In this document: piece after piece, positions 12,648 to 24,411 of the stretch
Numbering within the stretch: the first letter of the stretch is position 1
Layout: every line of letters starts with the position of its first letter
Assembly (NCBI RefSeq): GCF_009914755.1
Contig: NC_060933.1
DNA: 64,000 bases
Strand: one strand, 5' to 3'
Source: the human T2T-CHM13v2.0 reference genome, Homo sapiens
Program-made: the position numbers and the translations under genes
The notes under the pieces: model-generated
Seen by the model: the letters and a program-made list of their open reading frames with translations, nothing else
Told to the model about the DNA's origin: nothing
Databases searched by the model: none

Positions 12648-13004
12648 CAAATGCTCCTTGACTTATGATGGGGTTATGTCCTGATATACCGATTATAAGT
12701 TGCAAATACCGTACTTTGAAAATGTATTTAACCTACAGAATATCATAGCTTAACCTAGTGTACTTTAAGTATGCTCAAAACACTTACATTAGTCTACGAT
12801 CAGGCAGAATCATCTAACACAAAACCCATTTTATAACAAAGAATTGAACATCTCATGTAATTTATTGAATACTATACAGAAAGTGAAAAACAGAATGGTG
12901 GTTGTGTATTCAAAGTATGGTTTCTACAGAATGTGTATTCCTTTCACAAAATCATAAAGTTGGAAAATCTTAAATCGAACAGTCATGAGTTGAGGACCAC
13001 AATG
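12648..13004 (+). mobile_element. MER47A (TcMar-Tigger non-autonomous DNA transposon)
   Basis: 'caaatgctccttgacttatgatggggttatgtcctgata...cacttacattag...gaaagtgaaaaacagaatgg'. Confidence 0.9.
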
Positions 13005-13125
13005 CAGGGAGGAGAGACAGGGAGGGAAAGAAATAGGGTGAGAAAAATAGAAGAAAGGCAAAGGAGAAAAAGAAACAGAGTGGGAAATAGGGAGTGAGGG
13101 AGAGAAGAAGGAAGGAAGAGAAATG
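13005..13125. repeat. GA-rich low-complexity tract
   Basis: Near-pure purine run. Confidence 0.85.
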
Positions 13126-14279
13126 GGCCACAGGGTCATTTAGTCTAGAAATAAATGTCATTTTATTTTATTAATCAACACTCAGTTAATACAATTGTTT
13201 TAGATGGGAAAGGCTTCCCTGCTTGATTTCACAAGTGAAGAATTAAAGTTTTGCTGTGATAAAAATGATTTAAAAGTCATTCTGGCTGTAACTGTGAGGT
13301 TGGAAGTGACAGGATGTTTATAATACTTGCTTGGATGCTTTACACATGAATTAAGCCTACGTTAAAAAGATAATAATATACATTCCACGTCATTTAGCAA
13401 TCATTAGAAAGAACAAGAAAGGCTACAGAAATAGCTTTAATATTCCCTCTTCCCCACCCGACTAGAAAAAAAAGAATGAAATGCACAAACAAATTTAATA
13501 ACACATACACATACACAACAGGCAAACTGGTCTCTTAAAATCTAGGGGCAAATGGCAAAGAAGAAAGGCAAAAAAAAAAAAAAAAAAGATTGCATGGCAC
13601 ATTCACTTTTTTTCCCTATTCTAACTAGATTATTGTTTACAATATGGTATTTAAGGACTCTCATATCTAAGTTACATTTCCCAGCACAAAAGCAAATTAT
13701 TCTTTTGCATTACTTTAATACTTTAGAACAGTATGCATTGCATTGAGACCTTGTAGAGCAAGGTGTTACATTTAAATCTTTGATCTCCAAAAAAATAGCA
13801 GGATCAAAGTTTTCCATCATTTGGACATAAATCTCAGCTCAAACAAAGTGATAATAGTCTAGTCAAGAAAAAGCAACCTGGAACAAATGCCTTTGAATTG
13901 GTGTTAGTCTACGTGGTTGGTGCATTACTGAATTAATTAATCATTTCTTTGAACTTCGATATTCTGCTGTCTCTAGGTTAGGAGTAAATGTCAGTCACTG
14001 TTCATCTATTTGAAATTCATTCTCAATACTAATATTTTGTAAATCAAAAGAGAAAAGAGTTAAACTTTGTGGCTCTGGGAAACATATTATGGGGAAAGTT
14101 TATGATGTAAAGAAATGCACACACAAAATTTAACATCTTTACTGCTCTCAATGAGAAAATTCTTATCCTAATTAAAGGACTGATTGAATTTGTGGGGTTT
14201 TTTTATTGTTGTTGAAGTTAATTTGATTGCCTACTGTAGTAATTAATGTAGTTATTAATGTGAAATCAAGCAGGTTGAG

Positions 14280-14450
14280 CAGAATCACAGCTCCTCCAGT
14301 TACTTGTTACTTGAACTTGAGCCAATTACATGACCTCCCTACCACACAGGTGCTCCATTTGCAAAATGGGGATGTTAATAGTACCCATCATATAAGGTGG
14401 TCATAAGCATTCATGAGATAGCAGTTGTAAAGTGTTTTCCACAATGACTG
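14280..14450 (+). mobile_element. MIR SINE
   Basis: 'ccatttgcaaaatggggatgttaatagtacc'. Confidence 0.8.
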
Positions 14451-14624
14451 ATTATGCAATACTTCCTATTCATAATTAATAAGTATATCACTGATATTTT
14501 AAAAGTATTCATCAATGACAGGAGTTTTAAAGCTTGTTCTGAGGATTTATGGAGAGTCTGTGGAAGAGTTAATAAGCCTGGAATTTCCTATCCTGTGTTT
14601 CAAAGAGTGCAGTTCTATTCTTAC

Positions 14625-14750
14625 CTCTTTATATATTTTTAAAATGAGATTTAACATATTCAAAAGTAGTGAGAGCATTATAAAAAAATCTCCTATGTAC
14701 CTATCACCCATTTTTATGTAATTAACATTTCAACATATTTTATTGTGATT
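14625..14750 (-). mobile_element. Old L1ME/L1MC 3' fragment
   Basis: 'caaaagtag...atgtacctatcaccca...attaacattt'. Confidence 0.5.
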
Positions 14751-14849
14751 TTCTTCATAAGATTTGGCTTGCAAAGATTTATGATGTTAAAAATTAATTT
14801 GAAAACCACTGACTTATAGACTAAATATATTCTAGCAAAAATGCGTGTT

Positions 14850-16720
14850 TCCTTTTTTCTTTTCTATTTTTTATTGATATATCACTGTTGTACCTATTTT
14901 GGGGGAACATGTAACATTTCAATACATGTATACAATATATAATGACCAAATCAGAGTAATTGGGGTATTCATCACCTCAAACATTTATCTTTTCTTTGTG
15001 TTGAGGGCATTACAATTCCTCTCTTCAAGCTATTTGGGAATATACAATAAATAACTATTAACTATAATTTCCCTACTGTGCAACCAATTACTAGAAAATA
15101 TTCCTTCAATATAATCGTATTTCTGTACCCATAAACCAACTTCCATACACCCTCCCTGCCCCTTCTCCTCCCAGCCTCTGGTAACCACCATTCTACTCCC
15201 TATCTCCATGAGATCCACTTTTTTATCTCCCACATATGAGTGAGAACAGGTGATATTTGTCTTTCTGTGCCTGGCTTATTTTACTTAATATAATTACCTC
15301 CAATTCCATCCATGTTGCTATAAAGGCCAGGATTTTATTTTATTAGATGGCTGAATATTCCATTGTGTTTATATACGACAGTTTTTAAACCCATTTGTGC
15401 ATTGATATACACAGGTTGATTCAATATTGTGGCCATTGTGAATCGTGCTGCAATGAACATAAGAGTGCAGATATCTCTTTGATATCCTGATTTCCTTTTT
15501 TTAAAATATATACTTAGCAATGGAATTGCTAAATTATATAGCAGTTCTATTTTTACCTTTTTTGGGGATTTACATACTTTTTTTTATAATGGCTGTAATA
15601 ATTCACATTCCCATCAACAATGTATAAGGTTCTCTTTTCTCACCATCCTCACCAGCATTTGTTATTTATTGTTTTAACAATAGCCATTCTAACTGGGGTG
15701 ATATAATATCTCATTGTGGTTCAATTTGCACTTCCTCATCGTAATTCTGAGCATTTTTAAAATATACCTGTTGGCCATTTATATGTATTCTTTTGAGAAA
15801 CATTTATTCAGTTATTTTGACTATTTTTTATTTAGACTATTTGTGAGGTTTTTGCTATTGAGTTGGTTGAGTTCCTTATATATTTTGGTTATTGATCCTT
15901 TGTCAGTTTGACATATTTTTTCCATTCTAGAATTGATCTTTATCAAGACCCATGTCCTGGAGAATTTCACCAATGTTTCCTTCTAGCAGATGCATAGTGC
16001 AGGTCTTACATTTAAGTCTTTAATTCATTTTAGTTGATTTTTTGTATGTGGTGAAAGATGGGGACCTAGTTGTATTCTTTTGCATATGGATACCAGTTTT
16101 CTCAGCAACATTTATTAAAGAGACTATCTTTTTTCCAATGTATGCTCTTGGCGCCTCTATCAAAAATGAGTTGGCTGTACATGCAGGATTTATTTCCTGG
16201 GTTTTTTATTCATTGATTTTTGTGTCTGTTTCATTGGTTTAGGTGTCTTTTTGTGCCAGTAACATGCTGTTTTGGTTACTCTAGCTTTATAGTACAACTT
16301 AAAATCAGGTAATATGTTGCCTCCAGCTATGGTTTTTTTTTTTTTTTTTCTATCTTTTTCTCCTTTTTTTTTTTTTTTTGCTCAGGGATGCTTTAGTCAT
16401 TTCAGGGTTTTCATGGTTTCATGTGAATTTTAGGACTTTTTTTCTATTTATGTGAAGAATGTCATTGGTATTTTGACAGGGATTACATTGAATCTATGGA
16501 TAGCTTCGGGTAGTATAGACATTTTAACCATGTAATTTTTCCAACCCATGGGAATGTCCTTCAATTTTCTGTGTGTGTTCACTTCAATTTCTTTTATCAA
16601 TGTGTTATAGTTTTCCTCTTATAGATCTTTTACCTCATTGGTTCAATTTGTTCCTAGGTATGTTTTGGTAGCTATTGTAAATCAGACTGCATTCTTGATC
16701 ACTTTTTCAGACTGATTGCC
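14850..16720 (-). mobile_element. L1MA4-like LINE 3' portion
   Basis: 'aatgaccaaatcagagtaattggggtattcatcacctcaaacatttatc'; ORF 15335-15520 resembles ORF2p (DICTLMFIAARFTMA). Confidence 0.9.
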
Positions 16721-16724
16721 TTCA

Positions 16725-17370
16725 ATGATCTCCATACCTGTTTTATTGCCCTTCTATAATCCATTCTCAATGCATCAACGTGAGGAATCTTTTATAAACA
16801 TAAATCAGATGGCATCATTCCCTGGCTCAAAATCCTAGCTTTCTCTGAATGCAGTCCAAATTCATCACAAGACCCCATGTTATCTCTCCCTCCCCCTCCT
16901 CACGTGGTACTCTTTTCTAATTCACAGCACTCCAAACACATGGATTTGACAATGCCATTACTTTTCTTCAAATAAGCACACCAACCTTGTTCCTGTCTTA
17001 GGACTTTGTGTTTGTTTTTCCCTCTGCCAGGAGCACTTTTCTGTCAGATTTTCACTCTCTGTAGCCTTTCATTTCACAGGTCTCTGCCTAAATATTGTCT
17101 CCTTGAAGAGTCCTTTCTTGACCACCTAATCTAAAGCAGTCAATCTCCTTTCCCAGTCACTATCACAGGAAGACCTTATTGCAGTTCTCACAGCACTTAT
17201 TAGTATCTGAAATTATCTTTCTAGTTTATTGATTTCATTTTGTCTTTTTTCTCTCATATAATTTTAATAAGATGATGGACTTTGACTCTTTTGTTAGGTG
17301 AATTTTCCCCAGTGTCTATTTATTGGCTGATGCAATAAATATTTGTTGGGACAGTAGTTAAATGAATAAA
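16725..17370 (+). mobile_element. L2 (L2a-like) 3' end
   Basis: 'aacataaatcagatggcatcattccctggctcaaaa', 'cttgaccacctaatctaaagcag', terminal 'caataaatatttgttg'. Confidence 0.85.
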
Positions 17371-17594
17371 AATATTATTAAATAGGGGGTGTGGACCACT
17401 GCCCTTTTAGGCCAGACTTCACCCTAATTGTAGTTCCATCCATTTTTAAAAAAGCTTTATTTAATTACTCATTTCATTTCCCTAAGCCATTTTCTCTTTT
17501 AAATAGAATTATTATAAGATATGTTATTCCTGGGAAGATGGCATGAAATGACATACAACTTATTCTCCATTCACCACTCTACTGCACCCTGGAT

Positions 17595-18011
17595 CTACCA
17601 GATCCATTTCCCACTCTACTGCATCCTGTTCTGTGCTGTGACTGGTATCCATAATCTGTATTACCTGGATCCATTTTCCCTTAAGCTCCTCCTTGAGATC
17701 CAACAATAGGAGAACTCCTCCACTTCCCCTATTTTCTTTTCCAGACATGTTTTCTTTACCAGCTGACTCTGAATGTAATAACAGATTCTGCCTGGCTGCT
17801 TTTTCCCTTCCAAGTCCCAGCTCTTATCAGGCACTGGCAATGCCATTCTTTCTTCTTGCTTTCCAGGGGAGCTAAAGTCTTCCAACTATTTTTAGTACCT
17901 GGATGCCTTATTGCCCATATGTTTATAAATAGTTATTTCCTTAATTAACTTAAGCTAAACTCTTTCAGGTGAGCATTTGTCTCTTGCCAGGACCATGATT
18001 AACACTGATAC
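17595..18011 (+). mobile_element. LTR33-like ERVL solo LTR
   Basis: 'cagatccatttcccactctactgcatcctgttctgtgc...tttataaatagttatttccttaa...gccaggaccatga'. Confidence 0.6.
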
Positions 18012-18044
18012 TGTCTGTGGGCATTTTCTACACTTCCCAGAAAC

Positions 18045-18110
18045 AATTTATTTTTACAACATTTATTGAATGCCAATTGCATATCAGGCACTAAGTAGGC
18101 ACTCAGCACT
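18045..18110 (-). mobile_element. L2 3' terminal fragment
   Basis: 'caacatttattgaatgcc...atcaggcact'. Confidence 0.65.
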
Positions 18111-18599
18111 ATGTGTATCTGATATATAGACATAAGTGTCATAATGATGATGTTTTCATTAAACAAGATAGCAAGTCTTTTAGGCATAATTAAAAATCAA
18201 AATATAACATCATTAAATTAAAATGTGGGTTAAGAAAATGCAGCAGAAGATTTGTGTTCTGGTGAGTCGCTGCTTCTTTTGTTAGTGTTTCTGTTGGTTT
18301 TATGCACATATCACAGAAATAGAAAATATATACATATTTACACGCATACACATACATACATATATAAATAGGCTTATTCATGCTTGATTTGTGTGCAAAG
18401 CTGCATCTTATCAAACTGCACAGTCAATTATATATTCACTGGCATGATCTACAAATGCATTAATGAATCAGATGAGGCAAATACAATAAATGCTTATTTA
18501 TTTTCATTTTATCCAGCAGAACTTGCTGGTAATCAGCTACCTGTACATCCACACTGCGGTAACATTTCTACATATTCATGGCAGGCAGGGATCAGATCG

Positions 18600-18855
18600 T
18601 TGATTTTCAAGGTCTCTGACTCAGTCAGAGTTCTGAGGTTCCAAACCCAGACCCACATCTTACTAGACTTTTGCCTTGGATAAGCTGCTAAAACTCCAAA
18701 CCTCATCTATAAAAAATAGACAGAAATAAACAATAGTGCCAGTCTCATTGAATAGGGCTGTTGTGAGAATCAACTATGTTAATGCATTTAAAATGCTTAT
18801 CAAAAGAACATGGTGAATGCTTAAAAAGTAGTTGCTACTAGTGTAATTGTTATTA
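18600..18855 (+). mobile_element. MIR SINE
   Basis: 'cctcatctataaaa...atagggctgttgtgagaatcaa'. Confidence 0.8.
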
Positions 18856-19061
18856 GTGATGATCCTGAGACTGCGTAAAATTCTGAAAGATATTCAGAAA
18901 CGTAAAATTTGTAGTCTCCTTATTTGACATAGCATGTGGCTCCTGATATCTATTCTACATCAAACTTCTTTGAACTATTCTATATGATCACTGTGTGTTC
19001 TCTGTAGTCTACACATACACACACACAAACCCCTATAAAATATATATAAATATATTTCTGA

Positions 19062-19360
19062 TTTTTTTTTTTTTTTTTGAGACAGAGTCTCCCTCTGTCA
19101 CCCAGGCTGGAGCGCAATGGTGTAATCTCAGCTCACTGCAACCTCCACCTCCCGAGTTCAAGCAATTCTCCTGCCTCAGCCTCCTGAGTAGCTGGCATTA
19201 CAGGCATGCATCAACACGCCTGGCTAATGTTTATATTTTTCGTAGAAACGGGGTTTCACCATGGCGGCCAGGCTGGTCTTGAACTCCTGGCTTCAGGTGA
19301 TCCACCAGCCTCGGCCTCCCAAAGTGCTGGGATTGCAGGCATGAGCCACCACCCCCGGCC
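19062..19360 (-). mobile_element. Alu (AluSx-like)
   Basis: Full dimer with poly-T; TSD tattt(c/g)tgatt at 19053-19063 and 19361-19371. Confidence 0.95.
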
Positions 19361-20594
19361 TATTTGTGATTATATATGGAGACTTGATTGACCAAGTATG
19401 CTACCTTTCTATCAATCCAGCATAATTACCTAAACTCTATAGCTCTCTAGTCTGTGAATAATCTAAAGAGGTAGAAAAGCAACAATTATTGCTGAAATGG
19501 GAGTGAGGCTAAGTAAGCTTGCCTCTTTCATGAAATCATTAGGAAACATGAATAGATCTCTTCTCTGTGATCTCTTGCCTTCATCTCTCACCAAAGTAAA
19601 GGATGTGATAAAGTAAAGGAAGTGAATTAGACATTGTGATTTTCAAAGAGTTGTCCATAAAACACTTCAACAAGGCTTTTGGGTAATTCTTATCCACGCT
19701 GAGTACTGGATAGAAAATGGTCTAAATGGTATCTTCTAACTGTATTCTTCAGTGATGCATGTCAAACCATTACCACTACATTAGGAATATATTCCTGTTA
19801 AACTGGCGACTGCCCATATGGGAAAGAGAAAACGGACACTGGTCTAAACCATTCAGACCTTTCTATGTTAAAACTGTTACTATCTACCTTATCTTTAACT
19901 GTTGTTTTTGCATCATCGCAATTTTAACATCCGCAAAAAAGCATAGGCTTAATGGACTGTGAAGCAGTGAGCCAATCACAAAGGCAACAAAAAATTCAAT
20001 CACAAACACCTGCAACTCATTACAAATTTAGCAGCACAAATGCCAGAGGCTGTAATTGGTCTCAGGTAGTCTCTGCAACTCTGCCAATACTCACCTATAA
20101 TTTGGAGTTGACATTTACAAAAAAAGACAACATTTACAAAAAGAAAAGGGCAAAGAGTTTTACCAAATAGTGCCACTCTTTCAACTTCCCCCTTCCTGCC
20201 AAGACACCTCAGGGAGAAAAAGATCAATTCTAAATACAGGTGCTATTTGTATTCCTTTTGGAGTACTTATGAAACAAAATTAATTAATGAAGAATTTAAA
20301 ACAATATTCACTAGGAAACTGGGAGGTATTTTATTTTCCTCCAGAAACTAACATTCTCTACAAGTATCTCTAGTATAAAAAAAAAAAAAATAGGGACAAA
20401 AGAGAGAAAGAAGGAGGGGGAGTGGAAATAAAAATAATGTCAGTTTTATTTTTAGATTTCCTTTCTATTTTGATTTAAGGATTAGGTATAGTCAGTAAAT
20501 ATAGACTTAAAATCTTGCAAATGAGGACTGTTACATTTGCAAATATGGAACGTTTTGGTTGTCATTTTGTGGAGTGAAAAGAAAAAAAATGGAA

Positions 20595-20735
20595 CATAGG
20601 CATCTGGAGAGTTGAATTCTGGTCCTGGATCTGTCACTGGTTGTATAACATTGGAGAAGTTGTTTAACTCCTTGAGATTCTGTTTCCTCCATTTAAAATT
20701 TTGAAGATTGCAGGCTCTGGCTTGATATCCCTCTC
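20595..20735 (+). mobile_element. MIR SINE
   Basis: 'ttctggtcctggatctgtcac...ctgtttcctccatttaaaa'. Confidence 0.7.
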
Positions 20736-21678
20736 AGCAGCTTCAGTTTCTGAGCAAGAACTCTCCATCAGATGCAAGCCGTAAACCGTTAATTTTTCTC
20801 CCCACATTTCCTTTGACAATCACTCTCTTCTTTATTTTTCACAGCATAAGCCTGATATACAGACACTGTCATTTGGAACAGACCCTTTAAAGTGCCTACT
20901 GCTAACGCACCTGCTATCTTAAGGAGAAATTCTACTTTGTACCTCATTCTGTGTTTTAAAATGTTAGCAAGATTTTTCCTTTCTCATTCTCTCAGAACAT
21001 TTTGGAAGTTGCTTCCTTTCAGTGACATTTGATGTTAATTGAGGAATGCAAACTCATTTTAATATCGGAAATATAAACAGAAAAGTAGCCTTTTAATAAT
21101 CAAATTGTAAATAAATAAAATATTTTAGTGTTATGCTTGGCATGGTAGCCCAACATTTACAAGCATTATTGAAAGTTTTGTAAGGAACAATGATTTGTTT
21201 CTTACAAATACCTGATTTCTCAACTGAAGTCACTCTCATTTCCTGTCCCGCATGTTCCATAACATTTTTTGTCATTTTCTTATACTACAACTAACAAACA
21301 TGCTTAAAATTAACAAACAAACACCTTTCTTAAGCAAACCCTTCATCTAGCAAGTATGCTGCTGAAATAAAACAGCCCTGAACGTCTATGACTTAGGAGC
21401 CTTATTCTCTTATTTTAGGTATCATATCAAACATTCATAACTCATCTAGAAGATTCACAAACACAGGTCATTTTCACAAAATTTCCTAAATTGCCCTTTC
21501 TTTCTTCACCTCCGGCAGTTTGGAAAGGTCCTCTTTTCAAAAAAAAAAAAAAAAAAAAGTAATGCATGCAATATCAGAGTATCCAGGGTGCAGTGTGACA
21601 ATCAGGTATGAAGCGAAGAAAAGGAAATAGAAATGGGAGAAGATAACCAAAAATGACTAGAGGTTATGTCTGTCTGTT

Positions 21679-22053
21679 TGTCTTAGTCTTCTCTGGCTGC
21701 CATAACAAAATAGCACATACTGGGTGGCTCAAAAAACAAAGGTTTATTTTCTCAGCACTCTGGAAGGAGGTTGGAAGTCTGAGATCAGGGCACCAGTATG
21801 GCTGGGTTCTGAGTATACCCTTTTAGGCTTGCAGACAGATACCTTCTTGCTGTGTTCTCATATGTTGAAGAGAGGGAAAAACAAATCTCACTCTCTTTTC
21901 TTCTTCTTAAAAGACCACAGTTCTACTGGGGTATGTCCCCAATTTTATAACCTCATACAACCTTAATTTCCTCTTAAAGATCCCATCCTCACATATAGTC
22001 ACATTGGAGCATCAAAATATGAATTTAGAAAGGCTACAATTCAGTCCATAGCA
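21679..22053 (-). mobile_element. MLT1A/B MaLR solo LTR
   Basis: Ends tgtcttagtc...cagtccatagca; TSD ct(g/a)tt. Confidence 0.9.
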
Positions 22054-23165
22054 CTATTATTATAAAATAAGGAGGAGAAACATTCACAACATGTATTTAA
22101 TTAAAAAAAAAGTTTTATAAACAATATATACTGATGTTATACATATATGTATTGTATGTATATATTTGTATGGTATATATACACACATGCATATATATAT
22201 ACTTATAGAAAAATTACTAAAATATATTTGGTGGTTACTTCTGGGTGATCAGATTATGAGTGATACCTAATTCATCTTAGTTTTCACTTAAATAATTTCC
22301 TAAAACTGGGAAAAATACTGTTAATAAATGTTACCTCAATGCACTGACATACTCCGGAAAATAATCTGCTAACTTTTATAGTGATTTATAAACCTTTAAC
22401 TCAGGTCACTATAAGTGAAAATATTTCTCTCTTCAATGAACTCGCAACCTCAGAATGCATTTGTGAGTTCTCTTGCAGTGTAAATTATGAGATTATTCCT
22501 AACCTTGTCAGGTTCTGGTGACATACTGCCTACCATAATATAATAGAAGCAATTCATAATTTTTTTTTTTTTTTACCTGAACTAGTTTCAAGTTCTGTGG
22601 CTTTGCAGCTGCCATTGTTCCTGCTTCACACAGAACATTCGGTACAGGGGATACTTTATGGGACAGAACAGATAGTTGAAAGCTGATTTTACTTGCTAAT
22701 TCTCCCTTGTTATTCTGGCATTAAGGTTGCATTAGAAGGATGCAAAGATGTTTGATGAAAGTGATCTGTGCTGGGGTTGGTGCTCTGCAAATGCTTTAAA
22801 GGTGTGGCACATGACATTGAGCCAGTGCATCCAGGTGGAGCCTGGGACAGACATAAAACCCTAGGTTGGTAAACACCTGTCACAGGAAGCCTCATCAAGG
22901 AATTCTTGGGGAGTGGAACAGTGGAGCACCCTGCAATCCTCACAGGCAGCAGCCATAGTAAGCAATGTTCAGCATTTGCTGTGCCTCAGAGACACACACA
23001 GCATAACCCTACTTCAGCAGCTCACTGCAGAAAATGAACCATATCCCACCAAACGAGCAGTCAAGTGCTTGCTAAAGGACGTTCCCATAGAGTATTGTTC
23101 TGAGCCCAAGGTGTGGGCTGTTGGGTTCAGGTGTGAGAAACAGACAGAGGCAGGGCAAGGCTGTT

Positions 23166-23187
23166 GGTATATACTGTTCCAGGAACA
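23166..23187. promoter_or_regulatory. Overlapping GRE/ARE-like and STAT (GAS) motifs
   Basis: GGTATAtacTGTTCC (10/12 to GGTACAnnnTGTTCT) overlapping TTCCAGGAA. Confidence 0.35.
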
Positions 23188-24411
23188 AATCTTTCCCAAT
23201 TTAAGGCACTTTATATTGCAGCCAATAAACTCTTTTAGTAGCATCCGGTTTTGCTTCATGAGTGACTTCTGAAATAATGTGTGCTATTTTTAATACTCAA
23301 TATCTGTGTTTGCCATGACATTAAAAAGATTCAGAAACAATGGGTTAACCAAACGGCATTTTGTCATTATCTAAATTCAACCCAATTATGAGAAATGAAA
23401 GCAAAGGGAAAAAGTTTAAGAAATTTGGTAGTAAAGTAAGAATTATTAAATATTCAGAGTCAATGTCTCTCCCCACTTAACTGGCTCTTTGACTAACAGT
23501 TTAATCTTCACATGGCTTAAAATTCGATTCATTTAGTACCTCCTCTGCTGCTGAGAAAAACCTGGTGCACGTGGTACTCTAAGATGGTCTGCTTCATCTT
23601 CAATCACACACTACCCTGGCTGGCAGCTTACCTCATCACTGGGCTAAGAGACTTTGAAGAGTATTTATTTCACATTCCACTAATTAAGCTGCGTATGTGA
23701 CCTTACTAATCAAAGGTTCAAAAGAACCTGAAGAAAAATAATACATTGTTTTTCAAAATAATACTGTCTGAGTGAGAGTTAGTATAAAGGCAAAAGTAAA
23801 GTCTTAGAAAAGATTTTCAGGTGGTGCAAATATTCTTACCTATTTATATAACCTTACAATCTCTTATTATCTTGATCAGAAAATTAGACTAAGTATTTCC
23901 ATCACAAAAGTGTCTGGTGATCACAGAGGAGGTGTGGTATGTCTAAATGACATCATCAGATTCACTTTTGAAATATCATATGTTATAAACAGTGCTAATA
24001 TTTCAGTAGTCCACATTGGAGAACCCTTTAATGGGTTGGTTGACTTTCTCTATGAAAGTACAAACACTTATTAGCATATTCAATTATATTATCAATACAG
24101 TTTGCTTCAAAAATCCCAAACTCTTTTTCTGTTTAGTCTATGGATTTCTATTTATAATATGCTTTTATTGTTCTTTTTAGATTCAATCACCTTGGAAAGC
24201 CATGGCGGCAGCAGAGAAATTGCTTTATCAATATTGAGATTTATTTCTTTATAAATCACGATCTTATATTTACTGCCTTTTCTTAGGCTTAAATGAAGGA
24301 TAACAGAAACATCTAAAAATCTTAAATTATTTGAGTTTTATTCACTTTTCTTTCTTCTCCTACCCCCAAGGCATATTATAATATTAAATCTCATAAAAAG
24401 AAGGAAGATAA

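Noticed and set aside
19593-19625. Short duplication aaagtaaagga(t/a)gtga; similar one at 11768-11802
   Set aside because: Ordinary slippage-type micro-duplications without templated spacers.
19813-19822. CCCATATGGG as an SRF CArG box
   Set aside because: Does not fit CC(A/T)6GG; just a 10-bp palindrome.
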